A stretch of 53,672 nucleotides of DNA, from contig JAKCAE010000038.1 in NCBI GenBank assembly GCA_021842385.1, positions 1-53,672 on the forward strand, in the 5' to 3' direction. This stretch comes from a bacterium (GTDB lineage Bacteria > Patescibacteriota > Doudnabacteria > UBA920 > VMFF01). The notes beneath the pieces are model-generated. The model was not told where the DNA came from. It worked only from the letters and a program-made list of their open reading frames with translations, and ran no database searches. The translations under genes and the position numbers were made by a program. Shown here piece after piece: positions 53,498 to 53,672 of the stretch (positions are counted from its first letter, which is position 1; each line of letters opens with the position of its first letter).

Positions 53498-53671
53498 CTA
53501 AAAGAAAACTATTAATGCTGTTAAAATTATTAATATTTCAATAATGCCGGTGAAACTGCAATAGTCCTTAACTGCCAGATTAAACCAATACTTCCAAAAA
53601 CTTTTATGCTCCTTGTGTTTAAACTCATACTTTCTTTGGTAGTAAGCAGGAGAAAAAGGAAAAAATCTTTT
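53498..53671 (-). CDS. Small membrane protein, 5'-truncated by the window edge (SecE position)
   Basis: Open frame to the window edge ending ...[18 protein letters not shown] with TAG at 53498-53500. It lies immediately upstream of nusG, where secE usually sits. The sequence itself is not convincingly SecE-like. Confidence 0.3.
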   Translation of the reverse strand, partial: KRFFPFSPAYYQRKYEFKHKEHKSFWKYWFNLAVKDYCSFTGIIEILIILTALIVFF

Positions 53672-53672
53672 G

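Noticed and set aside
1-53672. A search by eye for CRISPR arrays, IS elements or transposases, integrases, rRNA genes, and long direct or inverted repeats.
   Set aside because: None was found. The only repeats seen are short terminator or operator hairpins, low-complexity coding repeats, and the tandem paralogous domain at 29909-31490.

Overview
This is an AT-rich (roughly 35-40% G+C), tightly packed bacterial chromosome segment. Its gene content and style suggest a reduced Patescibacteria/CPR-like genome, which is an inference from gene content only. Most of the window is housekeeping. It carries a murG / Mur ligase / murB cell-wall cluster, secA, secD and secF. It also has mnmA, a membrane pyrophosphatase, tRNA-Gln(CUG), fmt-def and gltX. 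Further genes are an M23 peptidase, an M1 aminopeptidase, a NifS-NifU-ferredoxin set with an ABC importer pair, rpmA, pyrG, rplI and ftsEX. prfB has the classical +1 frameshift, so UGA is a stop codon here. There is also a nucleotide/thymidylate cluster (Nudix, HD, tmk, two P-loop kinases, CYTH, thyA, folA, dcd). The window ends with the (secE)-nusG-rplK-rplA block. Many genes are translationally coupled through TAATG or ATGA overlaps. I found no rRNA, CRISPR array, transposase or integrase. The most unusual signal is compositional. Five short, abrupt G+C-rich cassettes (about 50-60% G+C by hand count) sit in intergenic gaps of the backbone. Each has its own promoter-like element, and four are followed by a perfect GC-rich hairpin. 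Their payloads are an orphan CheY-like receiver, a 91-aa orphan, two tandem Cys4 mini-proteins (one below the ORF-track cutoff), a 217-aa orphan and a ~250-nt non-coding, probably structured RNA segment. All protein calls rest on motif recognition by eye. No database search or RNA folding was run.
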